A DNA stretch of 24,132 bases from a virus (Duplodnaviria; Caudoviricetes), in the IMG/VR virus record IMGVR_UViG_3300020045_013853, positions 1 through 24,132 of that record. One strand, written 5' to 3'. Of the stretch, positions 1 to 7,195 are shown in pieces (the stretch's first letter is position 1; every line of letters begins with the position of its first letter). Below the pieces are notes generated by a model, which was given only the letters and a program-made list of their open reading frames with translations, searched no databases and was not told the origin of the DNA. Position numbers and translations under genes: made by a program.

Positions 1-19
1 ACTGGACTCAATTACCTGA

Positions 20-193
20 GTTACCGAAGGCAAAGGCTTTAATGATGATAGAAACAGGGCTATAAGCACAGGTGAGCGCATTCTAAACCTAAGTGCAAGC
101 CCTGCCTACATTGCTAAAAATCGTTATGACATGCCTGCAACAATGCCGCTTCTTTGGTCAGAGTTTGCAAAGCACTTGCCGAGTCAAAAATAA
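20..193 (+). pseudogene. 3' fragment of a phage AAA-family NTP-binding protein (AAA_24/Sak4-like)
   Basis: Not in the ORF track. Frame 2 reads VTEGKGFNDDRNRAISTGERILNLSASPAYIAKNRYDMPATMPLLWSEFAKHLPSQK*, matching the GER...PAY.AKNRY..P..LPL.W C-terminal pattern of these proteins. An in-frame TGA lies at 17-19, so it is truncated or frameshifted at the window edge. Confidence 0.65.
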
Positions 194-240
194 ACAGCCA
201 TTAAAGCGTGAGCATCGTCTCACGCAACCGAGAAACCAAC

Positions 241-1755
241 ATGATTACATTAAGAGATTATCAGCAAGACGCTGTACAAAGTGCCTATGCGTACTGGCAG
301 AACGGCACAAGCTGCATTATTGAAGCCCCATGCGGTGCAGGTAAAAGCCTAATTATTGGCAAAATATGCCATGACTCAATCACCCATGATGTACGCGTAT
401 TAGTCGTCACACATCGCAAAAAACTACTAGAACAAAACGAGGCTGAATTAAAAAACCTGCTACCCAATGCCGACACGGGATTTTATAGCGCAGGATTAAA
501 CCAAAAAACACAGGACGCACAGATTATTTTTGCAGGAATCCAAAGTATCGCCAATGCAATAATCCAACACTATGAAATAATCATTATTGATGAATGTCAT
601 CTTGTTGCACCTGATACCGCAGGGCAATACCATAAACTTATTAGCAACCTAAAAGAAGTCAACCCCGACTTAAAAATACTTGGCCTAACCGCCACCCCAT
701 ACCGTTTAGATAGTGGTTATTTAACGCAATGGGATAACCCTATTTTTGAGCGTATCGTTTATAAGATTGATGTTAAATTGCTTATCAAGCGCGGCTATTT
801 ATGCCCTGTCGTGTCAAACGGTGGAGGTGTTAAAGTTGATGTAAGCAAGGTTAAACACAAAGGCGGTGAGTTTTTAGATAGTGCGCTTGAATCGTTATAC
901 ATGAGTAAAACAACAGAGATTGTCGCTGATATTGTTAAAAAAGGCGCAGACCGCAAAGCATGGCTTATCTTTTGTGTATCAATTGAACACGCTGAACAAG
1001 TTACTCAAGAGTTGATAACAGAGCATGATATTAACGCGGCTTGCTATCATTCACAAAGCGACAATGATTACATTTTAGATGACTTTACACATGGCCGCCT
1101 AAAATGTCTTGTTAATGTCAACATCTTAACGACAGGGTCAAACTTTCCCATTGCTGATATGTGCGTGTTAATTCGCGCCACCGAGTCAACCGCGCTTTAT
1201 GTGCAAATTGTCGGGCGCGTGATGAGATTGTACCCAAACAAAAAGAACGCGCTATTGCTTGATTATGGTGGCAACGTGCTACGGCATGGCTGTATTGACG
1301 ATGTGACAGTTAAGGCAAAAGGCGAAGGCGAAGGCGAAGCACCGTCCAAACAATGCCCGTCTTGTAAAACCATACTTCATGCCGCCGTCCGTGAGTGTCC
1401 TGAGTGCGGCCATATTTATGAAGTAAAAGACAATACTCCAAAACAAGTCGAGGGAAACCTTATGGAAATCACTGAGGAAACCAGACGCAAAAAAATAACT
1501 AAACAAGAGGTTGGCAGATCTCAGACTCTGGAGGATTTATTGAGAATTGGAGCCGAGCGTGGTTATGCGGAAAATTGGGCTCACATTCAGTTTTCCATCA
1601 AAAGCCAAAGACGCCAGGCACAACTTGATAAAATTCAGTTAAAAATTGATGCTCAGAAAGAACTGGAGGAATTGAATCCAGTTTTAGAGCTAGAGGTAGA
1701 AATAGAAACGGAACTGGAAACGGTTAGTGATTTCGAGGGAGATTTTAATTTTTAG
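241..1755 (+). CDS. Superfamily 2 DExH helicase, RadD/YejH-like, with C-terminal Zn finger
   Basis: Q motif LRDYQ, Walker A APCGAGKS, DECH, motif III TAT, motif VI QIVGRVMR, CPSC...CPEC Zn finger. ATG at 241 is preferred over the GTG at 208. Confidence 0.9.
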   Translation: MITLRDYQQDAVQSAYAYWQNGTSCIIEAPCGAGKSLIIGKICHDSITHDVRVLVVTHRKKLLEQNEAELKNLLPNADTGFYSAGLNQKTQDAQIIFAGIQSIANAIIQHYEIIIIDECHLVAPDTAGQYHKLISNLKEVNPDLKILGLTATPYRLDSGYLTQWDNPIFERIVYKIDVKLLIKRGYLCPVVSNGGGVKVDVSKVKHKGGEFLDSALESLYMSKTTEIVADIVKKGADRKAWLIFCVSIEHAEQVTQELITEHDINAACYHSQSDNDYILDDFTHGRLKCLVNVNILTTGSNFPIADMCVLIRATESTALYVQIVGRVMRLYPNKKNALLLDYGGNVLRHGCIDDVTVKAKGEGEGEAPSKQCPSCKTILHAAVRECPECGHIYEVKDNTPKQVEGNLMEITEETRRKKITKQEVGRSQTLEDLLRIGAERGYAENWAHIQFSIKSQRRQAQLDKIQLKIDAQKELEELNPVLELEVEIETELETVSDFEGDFNF

Positions 1756-1776
1756 CCATGTTTCAGACCGTGAATA

Positions 1777-1806
1777 ATTATACACCACATAATTATTTAA
1801 ATACAA
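1777..1806 (-). promoter_or_regulatory. Putative leftward sigma70 promoter with overlapping inverted repeat
   Basis: Minus strand TTGTAT-N18-TATAAT. Inverted repeat AATAATTAT/ATAATTATT at 1773-1781 and 1789-1797. Confidence 0.45.
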
Positions 1807-1837
1807 CACATTTATTTTTATTTTATTAAATAGACAT

Positions 1838-1869
1838 AAAAAAGCCCACGTTTTTAGGCGTGGGCTTTT
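1838..1869. terminator. Bidirectional intrinsic terminator
   Basis: AAAAGCCCACG...CGTGGGCTTTT stem with A and T tracts, between convergent genes. Confidence 0.8.
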
Positions 1870-1885
1870 GTTGGATGCAACGTGA

Positions 1886-2080
1886 TTATGTTACCGGTAA
1901 CTCTTCACTGACAAAGACACCAGCACCACCTACCAGCGCATACGTTTTGTCTTCTGCTTTTTTCAGCCATGCCGACATTGCAATAATGGTTTTATTAATA
2001 AATTTCGACAATGGAATTAATCCAATAATCAAGCCGATAATTAACAACGGAATCCGCAAAAAAAACCTCAAAACTTTCAT
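1886..2080 (-). CDS. Small membrane protein
   Basis: 64 aa with an N-terminal hydrophobic helix. GAGG RBS upstream. Confidence 0.6.
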   Translation of the reverse strand: MKVLRFFLRIPLLIIGLIIGLIPLSKFINKTIIAMSAWLKKAEDKTYALVGGAGVFVSEELPVT

Positions 2081-2128
2081 AACATAAACCTCGTAAAGAT
2101 TAAATTTAATTCTTTCTAAAAAGAAGTT

Positions 2129-2347
2129 TCATTGTAACACATTATTTTTTAATGCCAACCAGTTTTTAAGGCTTTCGCCCCGACTATATCTGCTTTTTAG
2201 CCTAACGCCATTATCGTATCCAGCCAGATAAGCATCTTTTACTTGATCTACATTTTTTGCTCCAAACCGGTCTAAAATCTTTTGCTGGCTTGGTGTAGGT
2301 TTATCGGAAAAAGTAAAGCGCCCTTTTTTATCTCTTGTGTACGTCAT
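2129..2347 (-). CDS. Hypothetical phage protein
   Basis: 72 aa, tightly packed in the operon, N-terminal RDxKGRF motif. Confidence 0.6.
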   Translation of the reverse strand: MTYTRDKKGRFTFSDKPTPSQQKILDRFGAKNVDQVKDAYLAGYDNGVRLKSRYSRGESLKNWLALKNNVLQ

Positions 2348-2348
2348 A

Positions 2349-2609
2349 TTAACCGTGCCTTTCTTTATCAGCCAATTGAGCTATATAGCTATCTGCCTCA
2401 ATCGCTTGTAGCCGTTTAAAAGCTGTGCCCCTTGGGTATTGATGCTTAAACTTTCTAAGCAAAACATACGTTCGCCTTCTTACTTCTGCCCGAGTGCTAA
2501 ACCCTTGTGGTTTTCCACGCTGATTTCTAACTTGTTTAATCACTTGTCTAGCTCGTCTAGGCAGTGCCATACGGTTAATTCTTTCTTCTATTTCTTGTAT
2601 TGTACTCAT
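2349..2609 (-). CDS. Hypothetical basic protein
   Basis: 86 aa, Arg/Lys-rich, ATGA overlap with the upstream gene. Confidence 0.6.
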   Translation of the reverse strand: MSTIQEIEERINRMALPRRARQVIKQVRNQRGKPQGFSTRAEVRRRTYVLLRKFKHQYPRGTAFKRLQAIEADSYIAQLADKERHG

Positions 2610-2803
2610 CTCTTCTCACGCTTGCCTTGGCACTTTACGCACCGTATAGCGTTTATTGCCTTTTGCCGTTCAGGTGGTATTTTATCACCGCAATCTACGC
2701 AATGAGTACGGCGCTCTTTCTCAATTGCCGCCTGTCTAATCCTGATTGACACGTCACGGGCTAGTTGCTCCTGACGTTCTGCCATTTCGGCTATGTCTGC
2801 CAT
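2606..2803 (-). CDS. TraR/DksA C4-type zinc finger protein
   Basis: N-terminal D..E.A motif (MADIAEMA) and CVDCG..IPPER..A....RCVKCQ. Confidence 0.92.
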   Translation of the reverse strand: MADIAEMAERQEQLARDVSIRIRQAAIEKERRTHCVDCGDKIPPERQKAINAIRCVKCQGKREKR

Positions 2804-2892
2804 TATTTATGCCTCTTTTTAGTGACTCTATGCCCTTTTATATCCTGAGCTATCAGCAAAACCAGTAACAAACCTAATAAATAAATGTTCAT
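2803..2892 (-). CDS. 29-aa membrane peptide
   Basis: MNIYLLGLLLVLLIAQDIKGHRVTKKRHK*. Fills the gap exactly, with start/stop overlaps at both ends. Confidence 0.5.
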   Translation of the reverse strand: MNIYLLGLLLVLLIAQDIKGHRVTKKRHK

Positions 2893-3158
2893 CATAGCCC
2901 CAGCTTGCGCTTAATTTCATCGCCAGTTAAAAATACAATCACCGCAACAATGACTTTACTAATGCCCAGAGTCCACTTTAAATCGACTTTTAGCTTTTCA
3001 AATTCTAACGCTACTCTATCATGATGATCTATTTTTCGCCCCTGTTCTTCCGTAACTTTTTCTAAATGCTCAATTCTGGCGTTTAGCACTTGATTTTCCT
3101 TAATCAAGTACCCTGTATTTTCGTCTTCGCGGCGGCGGTCTTTGTCTAATAAAGTCAT
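2892..3158 (-). CDS. Coiled-coil protein with C-terminal TM helix (XhlA/holin-like architecture)
   Basis: Heptad-like segment (LNARIEHLEKVTEEQ) followed by WTLGISKVIVAVIVFL. Confidence 0.55.
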   Translation of the reverse strand: MTLLDKDRRREDENTGYLIKENQVLNARIEHLEKVTEEQGRKIDHHDRVALEFEKLKVDLKWTLGISKVIVAVIVFLTGDEIKRKLGL

Positions 3159-3195
3159 TAAAATGTCCTAGCGTGGTTTTTATGATTTTATCATT

Positions 3196-3444
3196 TTACA
3201 ATGTCGGTTGCATAATTTCAGACAGGATTACAAAAGCCGGTCGTTGCTCAAATTCTGCTAACCGATCCAGAGAAACACCAAGATGATTGACCGCTAGATT
3301 TAGCGGAATGGCATGATTCCCGTTTGACCGCCATAATCCATGTTCTTCTGTCCAGCCTTTTTTGATTAAATATTGCTCAAATTTCGGGCGGCTTATTAAT
3401 CGCACCTTGGGATAAAACACGGTGATTCTTTCAATTTGACTCAT
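3196..3444 (-). CDS. Hypothetical protein
   Basis: 82 aa, GAGGA RBS, operon context. Confidence 0.6.
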   Translation of the reverse strand: MSQIERITVFYPKVRLISRPKFEQYLIKKGWTEEHGLWRSNGNHAIPLNLAVNHLGVSLDRLAEFEQRPAFVILSEIMQPTL

Positions 3445-3610
3445 TTTTTAAATCCTCATAAAGTTTTTTGAATTTATCGCGTTCTGCTATTGCATCACTC
3501 CAGCTCGATGCCACAACGCTTGCACTCCCTAGCATGTCAATTGCCTCCGCGATTCGCCCGGGTTTTTTCATGTTTTCGTCAACTTTTACAACTAATGTTA
3601 GATATTTCAT
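3431..3610 (-). CDS. Hypothetical 59-aa protein
   Basis: Own translation MKYLTLVVKVDENMKKPGRIAEAIDMLGSASVVASSWSDAIAERDKFKKLYEDLKNESN*. Overlaps its neighbours in operon fashion. Confidence 0.55.
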   Translation of the reverse strand: MKYLTLVVKVDENMKKPGRIAEAIDMLGSASVVASSWSDAIAERDKFKKLYEDLKNESN

Positions 3611-3699
3611 GGTTTTTCGATTTGCATAAAGTGAGTCATTGATTTAAGTTCTGACTCACTAATTCGCCAAAATGCGGCTTCTCCTGTTTCGCAGCTCAT
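3607..3699 (-). CDS. Possible 30-aa peptide
   Basis: MSCETGEAAFWRISESELKSMTHFMQIEKP*, ATGA overlaps at both ends. Confidence 0.4.
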   Translation of the reverse strand: MSCETGEAAFWRISESELKSMTHFMQIEKP

Positions 3700-4310
3700 T
3701 TTCTTGCTCCTATAAACATTTTGTGAAAACTAACAATTCCCTGGTTCACTTCGTGCGGTTGACTTTCAGACTCGCTAAAAACAGCCCTATCATTTTTATT
3801 AAAAAATACTCTCACGCCTTCGCGCTCGATTTTGCGCTCGTAGTAATTACCTTTTTTACCAATCAGGTTATCCAATTCTGACATGTCCATGCCCACTGAT
3901 TTGGCTATTTTAGCTAAATTTTCGTGTGATGTTTTGCCAGTACCCAAAACTAATTTATTAATCACCCCGGCGGATACCCCTGACAATTCACACAACAAAC
4001 TAACTTTTCCCCCGGCTAAAATAATCGCCTTTTTGATTGGTTCGTTTACCCATTTTTTAGACGATAGCCGCAAGTCTGACCGGCTAAAAATAAAGGCTTT
4101 ATCAATGCCTAAAAAGTCAGCTATTTTTTTGGTGTTTGCATCGCTGATGCTTTCTGCCCTGTCCATTGTCAGACTTTCAATTAGTGAGGTTGACAGGTTG
4201 CAGCCTTGCTTTTTTAGCACTATTGCTAATCTTCTGCTGCTGATTGTAGGTAAGCATCTGGCTCTTTCAATCAGCTTTTTTTTTATTTCCAGTTTTGTTA
4301 GTTTATTCAT
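3696..4310 (-). CDS. Transcriptional regulator with two XRE/Cro-like HTH domains
   Basis: Two HTH-like segments: SSRRLA...STSLIESL...KIADFLGI and VSLLCELSGVSAGVINKL...KIAKSVGM. Confidence 0.7.
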   Translation of the reverse strand: MNKLTKLEIKKKLIERARCLPTISSRRLAIVLKKQGCNLSTSLIESLTMDRAESISDANTKKIADFLGIDKAFIFSRSDLRLSSKKWVNEPIKKAIILAGGKVSLLCELSGVSAGVINKLVLGTGKTSHENLAKIAKSVGMDMSELDNLIGKKGNYYERKIEREGVRVFFNKNDRAVFSESESQPHEVNQGIVSFHKMFIGARK

Positions 4311-4521
4311 TTTTCACCTTAAATTTCATCATTGCTTCGGCGCGTTTTACTGCGTCACTTTCAGTGCTATAAGCCATCCCTATTTTTAATAGATAATCTG
4401 AAAATGCAGACAATCCGGCGGAATTTGCTTTTTGCCTTTCATCAAAAGTTACCGGATACCAAACAACATCAATCCCATCCAGCGACTCCAACGGTGCAGG
4501 AACTTCCACATCATTTACCAA
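4303..4521 (-). CDS. Hypothetical phage protein
   Basis: 72 aa, overlaps its neighbours. EVPAPL...GMAYSTE.DA...A.AM pattern recalled from small phage proteins. Confidence 0.6.
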   Translation of the reverse strand: MVNDVEVPAPLESLDGIDVVWYPVTFDERQKANSAGLSAFSDYLLKIGMAYSTESDAVKRAEAMMKFKVKNE

Positions 4522-4780
4522 TATTAAGGTCTATGAGTTCGATTTCTTCGGCATCATCAATGCAAAAGCTTTCTTCACAAGCGCAATTTGCATGTCTAAG
4601 ACCATCTTTACGAAGATACAAAAACTCTAAAAGGTTTCCGCTAATTTGTTTGTCTCCATTGCTCCACGATTTACCAGCAGCAAACCAAGCCTTCTGCATT
4701 TTTACAGACTGCTCCGGCGTTACTCTCACTTTCAAATTTTCGCCACATGTCGCGGCCTGTGTGTATGTTAATTTGCGCAT
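4511..4780 (-). CDS. Hypothetical protein
   Basis: 89 aa, AGGGGTG RBS. Confidence 0.6.
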   Translation of the reverse strand: MRKLTYTQAATCGENLKVRVTPEQSVKMQKAWFAAGKSWSNGDKQISGNLLEFLYLRKDGLRHANCACEESFCIDDAEEIELIDLNIGK

Positions 4781-4789
4781 TTTGCACCC

Positions 4790-4879
4790 CTAAATTGCAT
4801 CAATCAGTTTAACTGTAAAATCATAGACTAAATAAATTAGCCCGGCTAACGTCACAAATATATCAATAATGTCGTCCAT
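4790..4879 (-). CDS. 29-aa membrane peptide
   Basis: MDDIIDIFVTLAGLIYLVYDFTVKLIDAI*, GGTGG RBS, fills the gap. Confidence 0.45.
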   Translation of the reverse strand: MDDIIDIFVTLAGLIYLVYDFTVKLIDAI

Positions 4880-4899
4880 TTTGCCACCACCAAACTAAT

Positions 4900-4913
4900 G
4901 CACGTCCTTGTGC
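4900..4913 (-). promoter_or_regulatory. CsrA/RsmA-type ARGGA hexaloop hairpin
   Basis: GCAC-AAGGAC-GTGC on the transcribed strand, 12 nt after a stop codon. Confidence 0.5.
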
Positions 4914-4925
4914 TGAAAATTATAA

Positions 4926-6326
4926 TTAAAATTGAATTTTAACGTGCTGAATTTTACCCGCTTGAATCGCATTAACAACTAACACGGCAATATCACCTGC
5001 TATGTCTGACGCTACCAATTCAGAAAAGTCAATTTCTCTAAAAATTGCCTCAATTGCCACACGCTTTATTTGTTCAATGTGCTGTTCATCTGCCGCTAGT
5101 CTTGCTGCTTCACGTTCTTCTGCTTGTATTTCAGCTTGTTTTGCATCAGCTAAGGCTTTAGCTTCACGTTCTGCTTTGTCCTTAGCATCTTGAACGGCTT
5201 TAGCTTGTGCAATTTCAGCATCTTGTAGTGCTTTAATCCGTGCCTGTTCTGCTTTAGCTTCCGCTTCTGCTTTTGCATCTTCAATGGCTTTTGCTGTTGC
5301 TGCTACTTTTTCAGCATGTAATGACTCAAGTTGTGCGATTACGGCTTGCTTGGTATCAACCACATCACCATACAATTCTTTCCAGTAGTCAGCCTTATAA
5401 TTAAAAGCCTTTAACTTGCCAAGCTTTTCTAATATGCCGTCTGGTGTCCATCCTTTTGCCTCATCTGGCATATTTTTAAGGTTGCACAATTCGCCTTCAC
5501 GCTTGGTTTTTGCATCGGCTTCTTTCAGCGCATCAATGGCCGCATTGAGAGCGTTTAAAGCGGTTGCCAGTGCATTAATCGCATTGTCGAACTGTTCAAC
5601 ATAAACGCCTTTCTCAATGACAAAGCTGTTTAACTGGTCAATCCGCGCCAATAATTGATGCAATGGCAATCCAGTCAAATTGTAGCCAATAACAGCAATC
5701 GCATTAACCCATTGCGCTCTTTCTGCCTTTGCCAGTGTTTCAGCTTGTTCATCAGCGGCTTTTTCTTCTGCCAGTGTTGCTGTTAAAAGCGCGTTTAAAA
5801 CTTCCAGTGAATTAGCTTTTGTTTTTGTTGCGTCACTGTAAAAATCAGCATAAAACGTTTTATCTTGCTCAATTGCGCTTAACCAATCAATACGTTCTTG
5901 CACCTGTGCTGATGTTGGTTTAAAGCCATCAAAAACAACTGAGCTTTTTAACTGCTCAATACCTGCCTTTCTTGGTTCTTCAAAGTCAGTTACAGGCTGG
6001 CGAATTTCAGCGGCGGCGGTATCTAGCAATTCTTCAAGCTTTTTCATGTTAGCCCGGATTTCTTTCGGCTTGGTTTCCAAATCTTTTGCAAACGCAATAA
6101 CTGCTTTAGTCATTGCTGTTTTTTGCTTGGTTACTTCTGATGCTACTTTGATTGTTTTAGCGCGTCCGGTCGCGGTTTTTAAATCGCTAACTAATGATTT
6201 GCGCTCGACAATGAACGGCGTTACCTGTTGCTGTACAAAATAATCATAACCAACGTTGGTCATTGATTGAAAAATCAGCTCTTCGGGCAGTTTGATTTCT
6301 GCAATTGTTAATTGTGTGTTTGTCAT
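4926..6326 (-). CDS. Long alpha-helical/coiled-coil phage protein with three internal repeats
   Basis: 466 aa, Ala/Glu/Lys-rich. N-terminal DL.T..GR...K.A..V.K.KT motif recalled from phage early coiled-coil proteins. Confidence 0.8.
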   Translation of the reverse strand: MTNTQLTIAEIKLPEELIFQSMTNVGYDYFVQQQVTPFIVERKSLVSDLKTATGRAKTIKVASEVTKQKTAMTKAVIAFAKDLETKPKEIRANMKKLEELLDTAAAEIRQPVTDFEEPRKAGIEQLKSSVVFDGFKPTSAQVQERIDWLSAIEQDKTFYADFYSDATKTKANSLEVLNALLTATLAEEKAADEQAETLAKAERAQWVNAIAVIGYNLTGLPLHQLLARIDQLNSFVIEKGVYVEQFDNAINALATALNALNAAIDALKEADAKTKREGELCNLKNMPDEAKGWTPDGILEKLGKLKAFNYKADYWKELYGDVVDTKQAVIAQLESLHAEKVAATAKAIEDAKAEAEAKAEQARIKALQDAEIAQAKAVQDAKDKAEREAKALADAKQAEIQAEEREAARLAADEQHIEQIKRVAIEAIFREIDFSELVASDIAGDIAVLVVNAIQAGKIQHVKIQF

Positions 6327-6345
6327 TTTACTTGCCTATTTACAT

Positions 6346-6470
6346 AAAAAAACCGCTAAACCGCTACAGAATGGGGGGCTGGTAGCAGTAAAGCGGTCTA
6401 GGTTTGTTTTGAGCAAACTTTGAAAAGAAGCCCCCCGGCTGTTCAAAATTTACTGTTGATAATTATAGCA
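6346..6470 (-). promoter_or_regulatory. Promoter plus structured attenuator leader
   Basis: TGC-TATAAT at 6470-6462, a hairpin carrying GGGGGGCT, a second hairpin, then a terminator-like stem (6397-6352) with AGCCCCCC in its loop and a U tract. Confidence 0.6.
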
Positions 6471-6499
6471 GATAAATGTAGTTGTCGTGGTTTATTTTT

Positions 6500-6513
6500 G
6501 CGCGTCCTTGCGC
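6500..6513 (-). promoter_or_regulatory. CsrA/RsmA-type ARGGA hexaloop hairpin
   Basis: GCGC-AAGGAC-GCGC, 13 nt after a stop codon. Confidence 0.5.
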
Positions 6514-6526
6514 TTGGTGGTGGTTA

Positions 6527-6832
6527 TTATTCGATTGTTATTTTATGCGCTTTTGAAAATTCCTCAATTGTTTTAAAGTCCCTGTCACAACAAATACTTA
6601 CTGACCCGTCAGGATTTACATATCCAGCAACGTTGCTAATCACGCCATCTATTGTAATTCCTTCGACAAATTCAAACAATTCATTGGATTCATCTTGCCT
6701 TTCGTATGTGGATATTCGCCATGCTAAAACAGGCGTTATCCCTAAAAAATAACCTCCATCATCTTCAGCATAAATGGGTTTAAACCCTTCGTTAGCCGGG
6801 ATAACTGCAATATTTATTCTTTTCGGTTTCAT
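6527..6832 (-). CDS. Hypothetical protein
   Basis: Start moved to the ATG at 6832 (MKPKRINI...), which has a GGAG RBS. Confidence 0.65.
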   Translation of the reverse strand: MKPKRINIAVIPANEGFKPIYAEDDGGYFLGITPVLAWRISTYERQDESNELFEFVEGITIDGVISNVAGYVNPDGSVSICCDRDFKTIEEFSKAHKITIE

Positions 6833-6899
6833 TGTATTTTCTCCATTCATTTTAAAAAAACATTGGTTATACGGGTATAGCACCTCACCTAAAAATACC

Positions 6900-7192
6900 C
6901 TTGTCCCACTTGTACCACTTATTTAGCAAACTTCTTTATAAGATAAAAAAAGCGTTATTTTCTAGTATTAATCATAATTACATTGTATAAAAAAACTACA
7001 ATATACAGATAATAGCCGTTATTTATATTTATATATACATAATATAAATAAGTGGTACAAGTGGGACAAGTGGTACATACTTTTATAATCAATAACTTGG
7101 AACGTACCACTTTTGTCCCACTTTTTTATAAGTGGTACATTTTTTGTCCCACTTGTACCGCTTTGTTCCACTCTGTACCGGTCTTTGTACCG
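6900..7192. repeat. Iteron array / putative replication origin
   Basis: More than ten TGT(A/C)CCACT-like units in both orientations. Perfect 26-bp inverted repeat at 6900-6925 and 7045-7070 flanking a 119-bp AT-rich spacer. Lies directly downstream of the primase-helicase. Confidence 0.75.
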
Positions 7193-7195
7193 GTT

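Noticed and set aside
1-19. Insertion sequence end truncating the AAA gene
   Set aside because: Only 19 nt are visible with no recognisable terminal repeat, and a frameshift or contig-edge error explains it equally well.
3883-4793. Plus-strand ORFs 3883-4389 and 4332-4793 (and other antisense ORFs such as 6420-6752, 17898-18170, 22465-22797)
   Set aside because: Shadow frames opposite better-supported operon genes or regulatory regions, with no motifs or RBS.
6900-7192. CRISPR array or MITE interpretation of the repeats
   Set aside because: Units are ~9 bp in mixed orientation with no unique spacers and no cas genes. The same units continue outside the 26-bp inverted repeat, which fits iterons better.
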